Below are positions 1-11,658 of a stretch of DNA of 64,000 nucleotides, in pieces. This DNA is from Rubripirellula sp. (GTDB lineage Bacteria; Planctomycetota; Planctomycetia; Pirellulales; Pirellulaceae). A model generated the notes under the pieces. It worked only from the letters and a program-made list of their open reading frames with translations, was not told the origin of the DNA and did not search any database. Numbering within the stretch: the stretch's first letter is position 1; each line of letters begins with the position of its first letter. A program made the position numbers and the translations under genes. The stretch covers positions 576,001 through 640,000 of the forward strand of contig OZ244207.1 in the NCBI GenBank assembly GCA_965216875.1. Reading direction: 5' to 3'.

Positions 1-777
1 TTGATCCAGACGCATGTTGGCATTGAACGCATCGATCACATAGTCACGATAGGGCGACACGTTGTGGTCTTGGTCACCGTGATAGCCAACGGTGTCGGCG
101 AACCGAACCAAATCCAACCAATAGATTGCCATCCGTTCGCCGTAGGCTGACGATGCAAGGAGTTGATCGACAATTCGACGATAGTTGCGTTGTGACGGGT
201 CGTTCACGAAACGCTCAACCATGTCCTGGCTTGGCGGCAGGCCGGTCAGGTCGAAAGCGACACGTCGGATGAGCGTCACCGGGTCGGCATCATCGGCAGG
301 TGAAAGACCCTCGCTGTCGATCGCACGCAGAATAAAATGATCGAGCGGATCACGTGGCCAAGTTGGATCGGCGACTTCAGGGATGGCGTGATGTTTTGGT
401 TCCGCGTAGGCCCAGTAGGGTTCGTAGCGAGCGCCCTCGGATACCCAACGACGTAACAAACTGATTTGTTCTTCGGTAAGTTTCTTACCCGTGTGCGGGG
501 GCGGCATGATCAGATCATGGTCGCTTGAAGTGATCCGTGCGATCACTTCACTTTCATCGACCTCGCCGGGAACAATCGCATATTCCTTGGCGTCCTCTTC
601 GACGTCCAATCGCAGATCGGCTTCACGGTGAGACGGGTCGGGACCGTGGCAATAGAAACAGGCGTCGGAAAGGATCGGACGAATGTCTCGGTTGAACGAG
701 AGTTCGTCTGCCTGAATGTTTTGAGTTGAGAGCGTGCACCACAGCAATGCGGTAGCAACTAGGAACAGGCGTTTCAT
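1..777 (-). CDS. Planctomycete cytochrome c / DUF1549 protein, N-terminal part (runs off the window)
   Basis: Hand translation MKRLFLVATALL...FNRDIRPILSDACFYCHGPD: signal peptide, CxxCH heme motif, then YGERMAIYWLDLVRFADT (DUF1549-like). Confidence 0.9.
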   Translation of the reverse strand, partial: MKRLFLVATALLWCTLSTQNIQADELSFNRDIRPILSDACFYCHGPDPSHREADLRLDVEEDAKEYAIVPGEVDESEVIARITSSDHDLIMPPPHTGKKLTEEQISLLRRWVSEGARYEPYWAYAEPKHHAIPEVADPTWPRDPLDHFILRAIDSEGLSPADDADPVTLIRRVAFDLTGLPPSQDMVERFVNDPSQRNYRRIVDQLLASSAYGERMAIYWLDLVRFADTVGYHGDQDHNVSPYRDYVIDAFNANMRLDQ

Positions 778-870
778 CAATCGTGACGATGGTTGGTTGG
801 TGGCCAGGGACTCGTTAGCACTTTCGCAGCTGGGGCTTCGTGCGGCGCGCCGCCCGTTCGAGCAATCGGA

Positions 871-2259
871 TCAAGCAATCAGTTCTTCGATCGCTTTGCC
901 CCCAAACTGGCTCAATTGTTTGAACCGCCCTGCATGGTAGTACGTCAGCTTATTGTCGTCCAAACCTAAAAGACGCAACAAGGTGACGTGAAAGTCTCGA
1001 ATGTGATGAACGTTTTCGACGGCCTTTTCGCCAATTTCGTCGGTTGCACCGATCGTATGCCCCGCGTTGCACCCCCCGCCAGCCATCCAAACGGTCATGG
1101 CGTCGGGGTTGTGGTCGCGTCCGTAGGCAACGCCGCCCGCCCGCACGCCGTTGTCGGGGGTGCGTCCAAATTCGCCCATCCACACGATCAGCGTCTCGTC
1201 CAGAAGGCCACGGCTGCGCAGATCCTTGATCAATGCAGCGATGGGGCGGTCGACGCGTGGGATCAACGCCCCATGAGCCTTTTCGATGTAGTCATGTGAA
1301 TCCCATGTGCTGGCGTAGAGCTGAACAAACCGTACACCTTTTTCGACAAGTTTGCGGGCGAGCAAACAGCGCCGCGCGAAATTGTCCGTCGGCTCGACGC
1401 CAACGCCATAGGCATCAAGCGTTTCCTTGGTTTCATCAGCGATGCTCAGCGTGTCGGGTACTTCCATTTGCATTCGAAACGCAAGTTCATAATTTTGCAT
1501 TCTCGCTGCCAGATCGTCGTGATCGGGGTGCCGCTGGGCATGTTGCCGGTTGAGTTGTTGAAGGAAGTCCAGGTTCTTGCGTTGATGTTCGCGCGTGATG
1601 CCTTTGGGTGGTTGAATGTCAAGGATCGGTGATCCTTTGGAACGCAGTGGTGTGCCTTGTAACGCGGTTGGCAAAAAGCCGTTTGACCAGTTTGCGGCGC
1701 CACCCTGTGGGTAGGCCAGTTCAGGCAGCACGATGAATCCGGGCAAGTCTTCGTTTTCGCTGCCGAGGCCATAGTTGACCCACGCGCCGATGGAGGGATC
1801 GCCCCCAAAACGATTCCCTGTATTGACGTGATAGTTGGCTGTCGGATGGTTGACCGATTCGACTTGGCAACCGCGATAAAAGCAAAGTTCGTCAGCAACG
1901 CCCGCGAGGTGTTCCCACAGGACGCACATGTCGGCACCACTTTCGCCCGCTTTGCGAAAATCGAAAGGGCTCTGTACGTAGTAACGACTACCGCTACTCA
2001 TCGCCGACTGTTTGTCACCAGAACGTTGGAACTTCTTGAGGTGCTGTCGTTTGAGTTCTGGCTTGGGATCAAAGGTGTCGATGTGCGACGGTCCACCTTC
2101 CATGTATAAGAAGATGCAGTGCTTGGCCTTCGCTTTCGGAAAGTGGGCAACCCGGGGCGCATGCTCGTCGGCAGCGGCCAGCATCGATGTGAATGCCGTC
2201 GCGCCCAAACTCGATCCAAGTCCGTACAAAAAGTCTCGGCGAAGCATCTCTTGGCCCAA
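871..2259 (-). CDS. DUF1501 family sulfatase-like protein
   Basis: Tat-like RRDFL, GGPSHIDTFDPKP, GEFGRTP and GRDHNP motifs. Confidence 0.92.
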   Translation of the reverse strand: MGQEMLRRDFLYGLGSSLGATAFTSMLAAADEHAPRVAHFPKAKAKHCIFLYMEGGPSHIDTFDPKPELKRQHLKKFQRSGDKQSAMSSGSRYYVQSPFDFRKAGESGADMCVLWEHLAGVADELCFYRGCQVESVNHPTANYHVNTGNRFGGDPSIGAWVNYGLGSENEDLPGFIVLPELAYPQGGAANWSNGFLPTALQGTPLRSKGSPILDIQPPKGITREHQRKNLDFLQQLNRQHAQRHPDHDDLAARMQNYELAFRMQMEVPDTLSIADETKETLDAYGVGVEPTDNFARRCLLARKLVEKGVRFVQLYASTWDSHDYIEKAHGALIPRVDRPIAALIKDLRSRGLLDETLIVWMGEFGRTPDNGVRAGGVAYGRDHNPDAMTVWMAGGGCNAGHTIGATDEIGEKAVENVHHIRDFHVTLLRLLGLDDNKLTYYHAGRFKQLSQFGGKAIEELIA

Positions 2260-5064
2260 CTAGTAGATGTAGATGAATTCGTTGCTGTTCAAAATTGCCA
2301 AGCAGACATCGCCCAACGCGCGAGTCCGAGCGTCGACTTGATGAGCTTGTAGGTCGCTTTCGTAGTCCTCGTAGGCGACAAGGTGTTCGGTGAAGTCGAA
2401 TGGCTTTCCTGTGTTTTCGTCGATCGCTTCGCGAACAACGGTCGTCGGCGGCTCGTTCGGTGTCGGCTCGAGTCGTGTGTGGACATCGGTCATCGCATTC
2501 CAGTGCGCGAGCGTGGCCGAAACTTCGTCAGCGGTCGGTGCGCGTCCGAGTGTCACGGCAAAAAGCCGCTCAATCGCAGCGCTGTCGTCCTTGGTACTTT
2601 TCAAAACGCGGTCCGCGAGTGCGAGTGCGCGATCGCTCGTTTCTTGACCGTTCAGCAAAGTAAACACTTGCGGCGTGATATTCGATTGGTCACGCAGTTC
2701 ACATGACTTTTCGCTTCCGGGTTGATTGAATGTTTCCATAAAAGGCAGTCGATGACCACGCAAGTTGTGGATATAGATCGAACGCCGGTTGCGATCCGCA
2801 GGTTTGGGATTGGGGACGTAGCTCGGGGCAAAGGTGCCCATGATCATCCGCGGCTGTAGAGCGGCTTCGAGGTTCATGTCCGGGCGCACGGGGATGCCGC
2901 CGACGGTTCGATTCAGTTCCCCGGAGACGGTCAGCATTGCGTCCCGCAGTTCTTCCGCTTCAAGACGTCGCGGACGGAAGACCGCGTAGGAATCGCCCGT
3001 CGGGTCGGCTTGTTTGAGTGATTTGGGATCGGAGTGCTGTGTGCTACGACGATACGCATCACTGTTCATGATCGTGCGGTGCAGCTGTTTGATCGACCAA
3101 TCGTTGCGGACGAAGTCGACTGCTAGCCAATCGAGCAGTTCTGGGTGGGTTGGTTTCTTGCCAGTGGCACCAAAATTATTGGCGTTGCCGGCGATCCCCC
3201 GGCCGAAATGAAATCCCCAAATGCGGTTGACCAACACGCGCGCTGTGAGGGCGTTGTCGGGAGAGGTGATCCAGTTGGCCAACGCAGTGCGACGACCGTT
3301 GACCTTGTCGGTCAGCGTCACATCGAGCGCGCCGGGCACGGCTGAAATCACGCCGGGCTTGACTTTTTCACCCGGTGAAAACGGGTCGCCACCTGACAAG
3401 ATCGCCGTTTCTTCGAGTACACCGCGGCCCATCGGGTTGTCAGGCATCTTTGTTCGAGACGAGCCGGTCGAAGGTGTTTTCGTCTTGCCGTTGTAGACTG
3501 CCATCGCGATCGGTTTGTACCGATCGAACTCCCAATTGAAACGTCCCTGCCATTTACGACCGATTCGTTCGCGTCCGAATTCTTCGGGCAACTTGAACAT
3601 GCTTCCCACGGGCAAGTCATCTTTGTTCACACCCGCCTTGATCGCTTCGGCACGCGTCTTGTAGGGCATGTCGCGTTCTTTGAAATAGTCCTCTTCGTAT
3701 TGGCGACGTTTGGCTGTGAGTTTGTCGAGCATCGCTTTGGTGGAAGCTCGCTTCTTTTGGTGGTAACTCCGATCGTCCTTCATGCCTGAGAGGTTCTCGC
3801 CATCAATCCAAACGGTATCGACGTCGGCAAACTGAGTCGTCGCGAATGCGGCTTGAACCGCGTAGTAGTCTCGCGTCGGAATGGGATCAAACTTGTGGTC
3901 GTGGCATCGACAGCACTGCAACGCTTGTCCCAAAAAGACTTGGCCGACCGAATCGGTGATGTCGTCGAGAAAGAGTTGACGCGTGATTTTCGCGACGCTC
4001 ATTGATGTGTGTTCCCAAGGACCCATCCTCAGGAAACCGGTCGCAACCAAGAGTTCGGCACGTTGCTTTTCAGTGAGCTTCTTGTCGCCTTTGGCGATTT
4101 CGTCACCGGCAATCTGTTCGAGCGTGAACCTGTTGAAGGGTTTATCGTCATTGAAACTGCGAACCACATAGTCGCGATAACGCCATGCATTTGGACGTTC
4201 CCAGTCGTTCGCAAATCCCGCGCTGTCGCTGTAACGGACAACGTCAAGCCAATGCCTGGCCCATTGCTCGCCGTAATGCGGGCTTTCGAGCAAGCGGTCG
4301 ACGAGTGCCGCGAAGGCTTCTTTGTCGCTTCGGGGGTCAGCCACAAAGTTACGAATCTCTATGGGGGTGGGTGGCAAACCGATCAGATCGAATGTTGCGC
4401 GACGGATCAGCGTGATGCGATTGGCGGACGGCGCGGGCGTGACATCGACGCGTTGCATTCTCGCGTCGATAAACGCATCGACCGGATTGTCGTGGCTTGA
4501 CAGATCAACGTCGAACTCTTTTCGGATCGGTTGAAATGCCCACAGGTCTTCTGCTTTGTACTTGCGTCGTGTCCATGACTCGTCAAGCCCGCCGCTGGTC
4601 ATCACCGTGACGCCCTCGGCATAGTCGTCGTAGATCTTGGCAACGGTCGCAGCGTCGGGCCAAGCCGCGCCCGCGTTGATCCAATCACGCACTGCCCAGA
4701 TTTCTTCTTGCGTGAGCTTCTCGGCTTCTTTGGGCGGCATCTCATAGCCGGCTTCTTCGCGGCTGATCATTCCCATCAACAGGCTCGATTCGGCATCACC
4801 CGGTGTCACGACCGAATCGCCGTACGCGTCACCCCCTTCGAGCAATTTTGCACGCGATTCAATACTGAAGGCGCCCTCAAGCTCGTCCGCTTCACTGCTG
4901 TGGCAACCGAAGCACTTTTCTTTCAGGAGAGGTTGGACCTTGAGCGCAAAGAGCTTTTCACCAGCGGTCGGTTCGTCACCAACGACGATTTCGGGGGCCG
5001 CGAAGAAACAGACGCACAGGAGCGCAGCGGTGGATTGCCGAATCTTCCAATTCTTCAGCGGCAT
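2260..5064 (-). CDS. PSD1 / planctomycete cytochrome c domain protein (DUF1549+DUF1553)
   Basis: CFGCH, CCRCHDHKFDP, HPELLDWLA and RRLEAEELRDAML motifs. Confidence 0.92.
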   Translation of the reverse strand: MPLKNWKIRQSTAALLCVCFFAAPEIVVGDEPTAGEKLFALKVQPLLKEKCFGCHSSEADELEGAFSIESRAKLLEGGDAYGDSVVTPGDAESSLLMGMISREEAGYEMPPKEAEKLTQEEIWAVRDWINAGAAWPDAATVAKIYDDYAEGVTVMTSGGLDESWTRRKYKAEDLWAFQPIRKEFDVDLSSHDNPVDAFIDARMQRVDVTPAPSANRITLIRRATFDLIGLPPTPIEIRNFVADPRSDKEAFAALVDRLLESPHYGEQWARHWLDVVRYSDSAGFANDWERPNAWRYRDYVVRSFNDDKPFNRFTLEQIAGDEIAKGDKKLTEKQRAELLVATGFLRMGPWEHTSMSVAKITRQLFLDDITDSVGQVFLGQALQCCRCHDHKFDPIPTRDYYAVQAAFATTQFADVDTVWIDGENLSGMKDDRSYHQKKRASTKAMLDKLTAKRRQYEEDYFKERDMPYKTRAEAIKAGVNKDDLPVGSMFKLPEEFGRERIGRKWQGRFNWEFDRYKPIAMAVYNGKTKTPSTGSSRTKMPDNPMGRGVLEETAILSGGDPFSPGEKVKPGVISAVPGALDVTLTDKVNGRRTALANWITSPDNALTARVLVNRIWGFHFGRGIAGNANNFGATGKKPTHPELLDWLAVDFVRNDWSIKQLHRTIMNSDAYRRSTQHSDPKSLKQADPTGDSYAVFRPRRLEAEELRDAMLTVSGELNRTVGGIPVRPDMNLEAALQPRMIMGTFAPSYVPNPKPADRNRRSIYIHNLRGHRLPFMETFNQPGSEKSCELRDQSNITPQVFTLLNGQETSDRALALADRVLKSTKDDSAAIERLFAVTLGRAPTADEVSATLAHWNAMTDVHTRLEPTPNEPPTTVVREAIDENTGKPFDFTEHLVAYEDYESDLQAHQVDARTRALGDVCLAILNSNEFIYIY

Positions 5065-5212
5065 GGTGGCGTGGCGGGCTTTGGAGGAGAGAAGTGGGCG
5101 GGATCAAAGTATCAACCCATTTTGATGGGTTTCGGCCCGCGAGGCCAGCAAATTGTGGGGAGGTTGAGGCTAATTGTGGGCGGAGTCGCGCGCACGTTCT
5201 TGTTCAATGTAG

Positions 5213-5283
5213 CTACGCTCGCCAGAGCGTGGTGTGCTGGAAAGCGGTTAGCCATGCGTCCACCTTCTGGCGAAGGTAGCTAC
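5213..5283. repeat. REP-like intergenic palindrome
   Basis: gtagctacgctcgccagagcgtgg ... ccaccttctggcgaaggtagctac imperfect inverted repeat. Confidence 0.6.
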
Positions 5284-5332
5284 GGCTTGGTAGCGACGGC
5301 TTGGTAGGCGGGTGTGTCATGCGGAGCATGAC

Positions 5333-6409
5333 CTACAACTCGAGATCCTCAACCTCTTGTCCGCCGGCGTCGCGGCGTAGCAACAGATAGCCTCCGCCAA
5401 CCATCGCCCAAAACAGAGTGATGACGATGATCCAAGGAAGCTGCATCACCATGCGATGACTTGTGTTCGCCATGCCGGCGCTCGCTCCGGACCAATAACA
5501 TGCTGTTGCAACGATCGATGCGGCAGCGTTGGCGACGCCGATCGCGAGCACTCCAATGATCATCATCAACACGACACCAACGACTACATAGAGCACCAGA
5601 TGGATCGGGCGACGCAAAAGGTACTCGTAGCCGCGACTGAGTGAATCGAGTGCATCGCACTCCTTTTCGATCCCAATCGCTGCCCAGCCGAGCGGCAATG
5701 CAAAGCTGGCTCCGAAAGCGAGCAAACCGCAAGGGATTGAGATCAACACAACGATGATCGCGCACAGAAACTCAAGGACTCGCACTCCATCGAAGATTTT
5801 AGAAACCAGTCCAAGGCCCCAAATCGAAGCGGCGATCAAGAGCACGCACGCCAGTGGGACTACCGCCGCAAGCAGGGCCTTGGGAAGCGATCGCAAACTG
5901 TGGATGAGCGTTGTCAGGAAACCTTGCAGAGGACGGCCAGCGGTGAGCAATGAACCCTGGCGCGAAACCGTTAGCGCGGTGGGCAGCCAAGTCAGCAGTG
6001 ACCAAAGGATCAACAGCATCGACTTCGCGTAACCTGGTCCCCGGTTGGCAGGCAAATTGCGAACGTCCACCACCGCGGTCGGCATCATCCGTTGCTCAAA
6101 ACTAGAGAGTGCCTCAAACAACGCGGTGGGTGACCTGAGTGTACCTTGCTCGAACACCGTTGCCCTGCCGGGGCCATGAAACGCAAAGAATGCTTTCTCA
6201 CCAAAGAGAAACGTGATGCCGAGCCACCAAATCAGAAAGGTGATTGCAACGAGAAACAACAGCGGTGGCGACGCGGCGGTTCGCAAAACTCGTACGAGGC
6301 GTAGCCAGGGAAAAAGATCCGTCCACTCACGCGCTCGGGCAACCATCCCGGTTTCGAGATCGTGGCCGTGGTGAAAGTCATTGTGAGAAGAATCGTCGGA
6401 CTGCATCAT
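5333..6409 (-). CDS. Multi-pass membrane protein of unknown function
   Basis: 358 aa ORF with several hydrophobic segments. Confidence 0.75.
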   Translation of the reverse strand: MMQSDDSSHNDFHHGHDLETGMVARAREWTDLFPWLRLVRVLRTAASPPLLFLVAITFLIWWLGITFLFGEKAFFAFHGPGRATVFEQGTLRSPTALFEALSSFEQRMMPTAVVDVRNLPANRGPGYAKSMLLILWSLLTWLPTALTVSRQGSLLTAGRPLQGFLTTLIHSLRSLPKALLAAVVPLACVLLIAASIWGLGLVSKIFDGVRVLEFLCAIIVVLISIPCGLLAFGASFALPLGWAAIGIEKECDALDSLSRGYEYLLRRPIHLVLYVVVGVVLMMIIGVLAIGVANAAASIVATACYWSGASAGMANTSHRMVMQLPWIIVITLFWAMVGGGYLLLRRDAGGQEVEDLEL

Positions 6410-6451
6410 GTTGCTCGTCGAGAATAGCCGCCAGTGGGATCAGACCCTTTT

Positions 6452-9007
6452 CTAACGGAAGACCACACGGTGCCAGCGGGCCGCATCCGTCATCGGCGGC
6501 GCCGCGATTCCACTGTCCGCTTTGCGAATGAGTGACTGAACGAACCAGCTTTGCCCGCGATGGATCGGAAGGTCGGTGACATCGCGGCGTAGAACGGCTG
6601 CTTCGATCGTGACGGTCTCGTCCGTTTCGCGAATTTGCAGGTACCACTCTGGATCCCAGGCGGTAAAACCGTCGATGCAATCGTGGGTGCGTTTGGCGCG
6701 AGAGAGCGAGAGTTGCATCGACGTCAGAAGATCGAGGTCGGTGTCGAGTTTGAGTTGCCAGCGGTCCACGGATCTTAAATCGTGATCTCGATTTCGTCGC
6801 GTCGGCTCGATCGTCGTCGTGTCTGTGCCAAAGTCGCTGGCTTTCAATTGCACGGCGACGTAAAGGTATTCGTCATCGTAGGACATCTGTAACGACCGAG
6901 ATTGGTTGGGGCGACGCAATGCCGTTTCCCAGCAGGCATCATCAAGGACGCCGTCAAGTCGCGGTGGTGATGATGTTTGGTGGGCGACGATGATGTCGGT
7001 CGAGTCGTTGCGAAGCAATGCACGCCAACTGGGAAGTTCACGAGATTCGATCAACCGTGCAATGTTCGCTGAACCGGTCCCGGTTTCTTGTAGTGGGCCT
7101 TCATCGCCACGATGCCTTGCCGCCTCGCGGGACACCAGGATCAACGGGTGAAACTCCCAGCTCAAATCAACCACGGCTCCAGTCTCTTTGCCCTTGGTCA
7201 GTTCGTATTGTTTGACTTCAGGCACGACGATCGGAGAAACGGCGCCGACTTGTTCCACTTCGATTTGGAAGGGCGAAACCGCAACCGATTGAGCACCGGA
7301 GTTGCTGATTCGGTTTTGGAGATGTTGACCGAGTGCCGAACGCAACATGTGCCATTCGGTGCTGTTTTGAACGGCGTCCAAACGCATCGCGGCCCATTTA
7401 CCCAATGAGTTCGCGGCAAACCTTTCGGCGATGACTTTCAATGCCGCTTGATGCAGCACCGCTGGCGTCAATGACAGTCGACGGTCCTGGGAACCTTCGA
7501 GTTCTGCGATTGAGAGCAGCACTGACCATGCAAGTCGGGGGCGATCTTCTTTTGCGGTTTGGTCCAGCATGGTTTCCAACGCGAGCGCAAAATCGGCTGC
7601 CGACTCGCTGCGGAGAAACAGTTGCTGGAGCAGCTTCGGGCGGCTCATCCGTCCCTGCACGACTTGCAACTGTCGCCGAGTGGCTTGGCGCGGTTCGGCC
7701 GTCAACTTCGCTCCCGCTGGAACTCGCAATCCGCTCGCAATCGATTCGCCTTGGATCCAAACACCCGTGGCGTCGTAAAGACGTTGGATGCCAATCGATT
7801 GAGGTGGCGTTTTTTCGGGGCACAAGAGCATCAAGGCGTCGTCCGACAGGTCACTCATCAGCACTCCACGTTTTGGCAAGATCGCGGCGCGATGAATCAT
7901 CGATTCACCACCGGAGTCAAACGAGTAGCTGAGCACACGTTGAACGCCCGATTGGATCGCAGCCTCTTGGAACGCGTTCTTTGTGGTCTCGCTGAGTTGA
8001 TCGTCAAGCAAAACGACAACTGGTTTTTGTAACGCTAACCAATCGGAAGGTGCTTGCGGGTCACGGCCAATGCGGTCGGCGCCTGCGCCACCGAGCATCA
8101 CCACGGCTTGGCGGACGAGGTCGAGAGGAACTTTGTCTTGGTCGCTGACCAAGACGCTCACACGGTTTCGGTGTTCGAACGCCTCGGCACCGACGAGTGG
8201 GAAAGCGATGCGATCTGCTGCGCTGGAAACCATCAATACGGCGCAATGTCGATCATTGCCTCGCCTTGTTTTCCAAGTGGTTCCGCGATCAGCGCTGTGC
8301 ACAATGACCCCGTGGTCGCCCACAGCCCACCAATTTTGCGGTTGGTCCAGCACGATCGCCGTGTCACGCAGGACCAACGACTTGCCGGTAGCGTCAACAA
8401 AGTCGCGCAGATCGTCGGGGAACGGATGTGTGATCGTCAACTGTTTGCGCGCCGGATCATGATTGCCTTGCCAAGCCGATCCCTTGCCCGCGGAGATAAA
8501 GTCGGACGCGAGCGCTGAATAAGAGAAATCACCAGTGGCCGAGAGTTCGTGTGGGCCGTCTCGGTGACTCTGCTTCCTGGTGGTGAACTTCTTGAGCATC
8601 GGCAGCTCTTGGTCACCTGCACGCTGCCAGGTTTCGCCAGCGTCCTCACTCTTGAGAACAACGCCGCGACTGATTTGCGTCACTCGATCGTAGCGTCCGC
8701 CAATCGCAAAGACTTTGTTGCGGTTCATGAAACGCACATCGAGCAAACGGCACGTTACACCGCTTGGCATCACTTTCCATGTCGCGCCGCCGTCGGTCGT
8801 TCGTACGATCGTGCCCCGATCACCGACCGCGATGCCTGTGTTCACATCAACGAATTCGACAGCATGCAACGAAGAGTCTTCGCGAAGCGATTTCGCATCG
8901 GCATAGGCTGGCAGCGGTTCGACGTGGTCGCCTGACGCCGGGTTGCCAGCGAGAATCAAAGCAAGGAACGCAACTGGAGCAATAACTAGACATCGATGTC
9001 GCTTCAT
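6452..9007 (-). CDS. YCF48-related (BNR repeat) secreted protein
   Basis: Likely start MKRHRC overlapping the crcB stop; AVGDRGTIVRTTDGGATW and SxDxGxTW repeats; C-terminal CBM9-like PRLDGVLDD. Confidence 0.8.
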   Translation of the reverse strand: MKRHRCLVIAPVAFLALILAGNPASGDHVEPLPAYADAKSLREDSSLHAVEFVDVNTGIAVGDRGTIVRTTDGGATWKVMPSGVTCRLLDVRFMNRNKVFAIGGRYDRVTQISRGVVLKSEDAGETWQRAGDQELPMLKKFTTRKQSHRDGPHELSATGDFSYSALASDFISAGKGSAWQGNHDPARKQLTITHPFPDDLRDFVDATGKSLVLRDTAIVLDQPQNWWAVGDHGVIVHSADRGTTWKTRRGNDRHCAVLMVSSAADRIAFPLVGAEAFEHRNRVSVLVSDQDKVPLDLVRQAVVMLGGAGADRIGRDPQAPSDWLALQKPVVVLLDDQLSETTKNAFQEAAIQSGVQRVLSYSFDSGGESMIHRAAILPKRGVLMSDLSDDALMLLCPEKTPPQSIGIQRLYDATGVWIQGESIASGLRVPAGAKLTAEPRQATRRQLQVVQGRMSRPKLLQQLFLRSESAADFALALETMLDQTAKEDRPRLAWSVLLSIAELEGSQDRRLSLTPAVLHQAALKVIAERFAANSLGKWAAMRLDAVQNSTEWHMLRSALGQHLQNRISNSGAQSVAVSPFQIEVEQVGAVSPIVVPEVKQYELTKGKETGAVVDLSWEFHPLILVSREAARHRGDEGPLQETGTGSANIARLIESRELPSWRALLRNDSTDIIVAHQTSSPPRLDGVLDDACWETALRRPNQSRSLQMSYDDEYLYVAVQLKASDFGTDTTTIEPTRRNRDHDLRSVDRWQLKLDTDLDLLTSMQLSLSRAKRTHDCIDGFTAWDPEWYLQIRETDETVTIEAAVLRRDVTDLPIHRGQSWFVQSLIRKADSGIAAPPMTDAARWHRVVFR

Positions 9008-9393
9008 GAGATCCATCCTTTGGTGATCGCTGCACCTGCCATCAACGCGGCCCAGCCAACGATAAGATTTGCACCAACGTACAGCGTGGCACTTCCCCAG
9101 CGCGACGTCCCAGCAAGCATCGCCGATTCGGCCGCAAAGGTTGAAAAGGTCGTCAGACTGCCGAGGAAACCGACTCGAATCGCAAGCTTCGCTCGCTCTG
9201 ACAGGGCACCGTCGACGAGTGCGTATTCCCCGATCGCTCCAATCGCCAAGCAGCCGAGGATGTTGGCGATGGTTGTGCCCAGCATGGTGGATCCGCCCGG
9301 GATGGCGGCAGACCCCACTGTCAGCAAATAGCGGCATACCGACCCGACCGCACCACCCAATGCGACGACGGTCAGATTGAGCCAAGTTGACAT
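9004..9393 (-). CDS. crcB: Fluoride efflux channel CrcB/FluC
   Basis: GGAVGSVCRY, ANILGC and GFLGSLTTFSTF signature. Confidence 0.95.
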   Translation of the reverse strand: MSTWLNLTVVALGGAVGSVCRYLLTVGSAAIPGGSTMLGTTIANILGCLAIGAIGEYALVDGALSERAKLAIRVGFLGSLTTFSTFAAESAMLAGTSRWGSATLYVGANLIVGWAALMAGAAITKGWIS

Positions 9394-9803
9394 TCGGAGG
9401 CTTTTTGCGGTTGGACGAGAAAGAAGGGCGGAAAAAGCCGAAAACAGTCGTCCCACTTTTGCGAGCGTGACAGGACCTTTAGGCGGGAGATCGGGCCGTT
9501 AAGCCGGAAAAGCGGTACAAAGTCCGTACTCGGCACCCAAACGGGGGCGACTCCCGCTGGGAAGACCTGATTTAACCATTGCCTAAGTTTCGACGTGAAC
9601 TTACGTTAGCGAGTAGGTTCGAGGTTTCTTCCGCCCACGTAAATGTCAGTTTCTGGCGTGGACGCCTTATTTGTGGCCCCAAACTGCCCATCCGAACCTT
9701 TTTCCCCACAATTGCGTCCGTGGGGAATCACCATCGTTGCCGACTGGGCTCTCGCCCAACCCGGATTCTCCTTCCGTACCAGATTTCCACCCTTTCCAAG
9801 CAA

Positions 9804-11585
9804 ATGAGTACTGCGAAAGCTGCTTCGACCCCCACCGATACCCGTGCCATGACCGGAGCTGATGTTTTGGTCAAATCTTTGGTGGATCACGGCGTCGAGG
9901 TCCTTTTCGCATACCCCGGCGGCTGCAGCATGCCCATGCACCAGTCGCTAACGAAATATGGTGCGTCGCTGCGGACGATTTTGCCCCGCCACGAACAAGG
10001 TGGTGCGTTTGCCGCACAAGGCTACTCACGCAGTACCGGCAAAGTCGGTGTTGTGATGGCAACCAGTGGTCCCGGTGCGACCAATCTCGTGACCGCCATC
10101 GCCGACGCCAAGCTCGACAGCATTCCAATGGTTTGCATCACCGGCCAAGTTCCGACCAAAGCGATCGGAAGCGATGCGTTCCAAGAAACACCGATGGTCG
10201 AAGTTTGCCGCGGCATCACCAAGCATCATTACTTGGTCACCGATATCGCTGACCTGCCGCGCATCATGAAGGAAGCGTTCCACATCGCAGCCAGCGGCCG
10301 TCCTGGTCCTGTTTTGGTTGACATGCCGAAAGACGTTCAACTGAGCGACGTCGAAATCGACATGGACCCTGCAATGGACTTGCCCGGTTACGATCCAACA
10401 CCACCAGGTGTGCCTAGCGAAACGATTCGCCAAATCGCAGCCGCCATCAAACTTGCTCGTCGTCCGATCATCTATGCAGGTGGCGGTATCATCGCTGGCG
10501 ATGCGAGCGAAGAATTGCGTGAGCTCGCTCGCAAGACGGGGATTCCCGTGACGTCGACCGTGATGGGCCTTGGTGCTTATCCCGCAAGCGGCGATCTCTC
10601 GCTTGATATGTTGGGCATGCACGGTTCGGCCTATGCGAACTATGCCGTTCGAGATTGCGACCTGTTGATTGCACTGGGTGTTCGCTTTGACGATCGCGTG
10701 ACCGGCAAAGTTGAAGCGTTCGCAAAGGAAGCCAAGATCATCCACGTCGACATCGACGCTTCGGAACTGAACAAGAACAAGCAAGCACATATTCCTGTTC
10801 GCGGCGACGTCAAGCAAGTTTTGACCGCGCTCAACAAGGTGGTTCAAAAGCCAGAAATCGAAGAGTGGCAAAAGCACTGTGACGATTTGAAGTCGCAGTA
10901 CCCGTTCCACTATGACGATAACTTTGACGGCATCCTGCAACAGCACGCCATCAAGACCCTGAGCGACATCACCGCGGACATGGACACCTACATCACGGTT
11001 GGCGTTGGCCAACACCAGATGTGGGCCGCCCAGTTCTACAAGTTCAATCGTCCTCGTCGCTGGCACTCCAGCAGCGGACTCGGCACGATGGGCTTTGGTC
11101 TGCCTGCGGCAATGGGCGTTCAAGCTGCCCATCCAAACTCGCTGGTTGTCGACATCGATGGCGACGGCAGTTTCCAAATGAACATCCAAGAACTGGCAAC
11201 CTGCTTCTGTGAAGAGTTGCCCGTGAAGGTGCTTTTGTTGAACAACCAACACCTCGGGATGGTTGTTCAGTGGGAAGACCGTTTCATGGATCGCAACCGA
11301 GCTCACACCTACCTTGGCCCCATTCATCACGAGGAAGCCAAGGGACGCAGTGACGCCGATCGATTCACCTACGCCGACAAGCGATACCCCGACTTTGTGT
11401 CGATCGCAAAAGGCTACGGATGTGGTGCCGCAACGATCAAACGCAAGGGAGACCTTGAAGGTGCTCTGCGAGAAATGATCGAATACAAAGGCCCTTACCT
11501 GCTTGACGTTGAAGTGCCTTACCAAGAGCACGTGTTGCCGATGATTCCTGGCAACCACACTGTCGACGACATGATCCTAGAATAG
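9804..11585 (+). CDS. ilvB: Acetolactate synthase large subunit
   Basis: [33 protein letters not shown] and the [11 protein letters not shown] motif. Confidence 0.97.
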   Translation: MSTAKAASTPTDTRAMTGADVLVKSLVDHGVEVLFAYPGGCSMPMHQSLTKYGASLRTILPRHEQGGAFAAQGYSRSTGKVGVVMATSGPGATNLVTAIADAKLDSIPMVCITGQVPTKAIGSDAFQETPMVEVCRGITKHHYLVTDIADLPRIMKEAFHIAASGRPGPVLVDMPKDVQLSDVEIDMDPAMDLPGYDPTPPGVPSETIRQIAAAIKLARRPIIYAGGGIIAGDASEELRELARKTGIPVTSTVMGLGAYPASGDLSLDMLGMHGSAYANYAVRDCDLLIALGVRFDDRVTGKVEAFAKEAKIIHVDIDASELNKNKQAHIPVRGDVKQVLTALNKVVQKPEIEEWQKHCDDLKSQYPFHYDDNFDGILQQHAIKTLSDITADMDTYITVGVGQHQMWAAQFYKFNRPRRWHSSSGLGTMGFGLPAAMGVQAAHPNSLVVDIDGDGSFQMNIQELATCFCEELPVKVLLLNNQHLGMVVQWEDRFMDRNRAHTYLGPIHHEEAKGRSDADRFTYADKRYPDFVSIAKGYGCGAATIKRKGDLEGALREMIEYKGPYLLDVEVPYQEHVLPMIPGNHTVDDMILE

Positions 11586-11658
11586 GATCAAAGTCGCATT
11601 TATTCGGCGATTGGCCGCTCGCTATGATGTCAGGAACAAGATTCCTGACGACGCGCGG

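Noticed and set aside
10026..11558. 510 aa antisense ORF
   Set aside because: Shadow of ilvB caused by codon bias.
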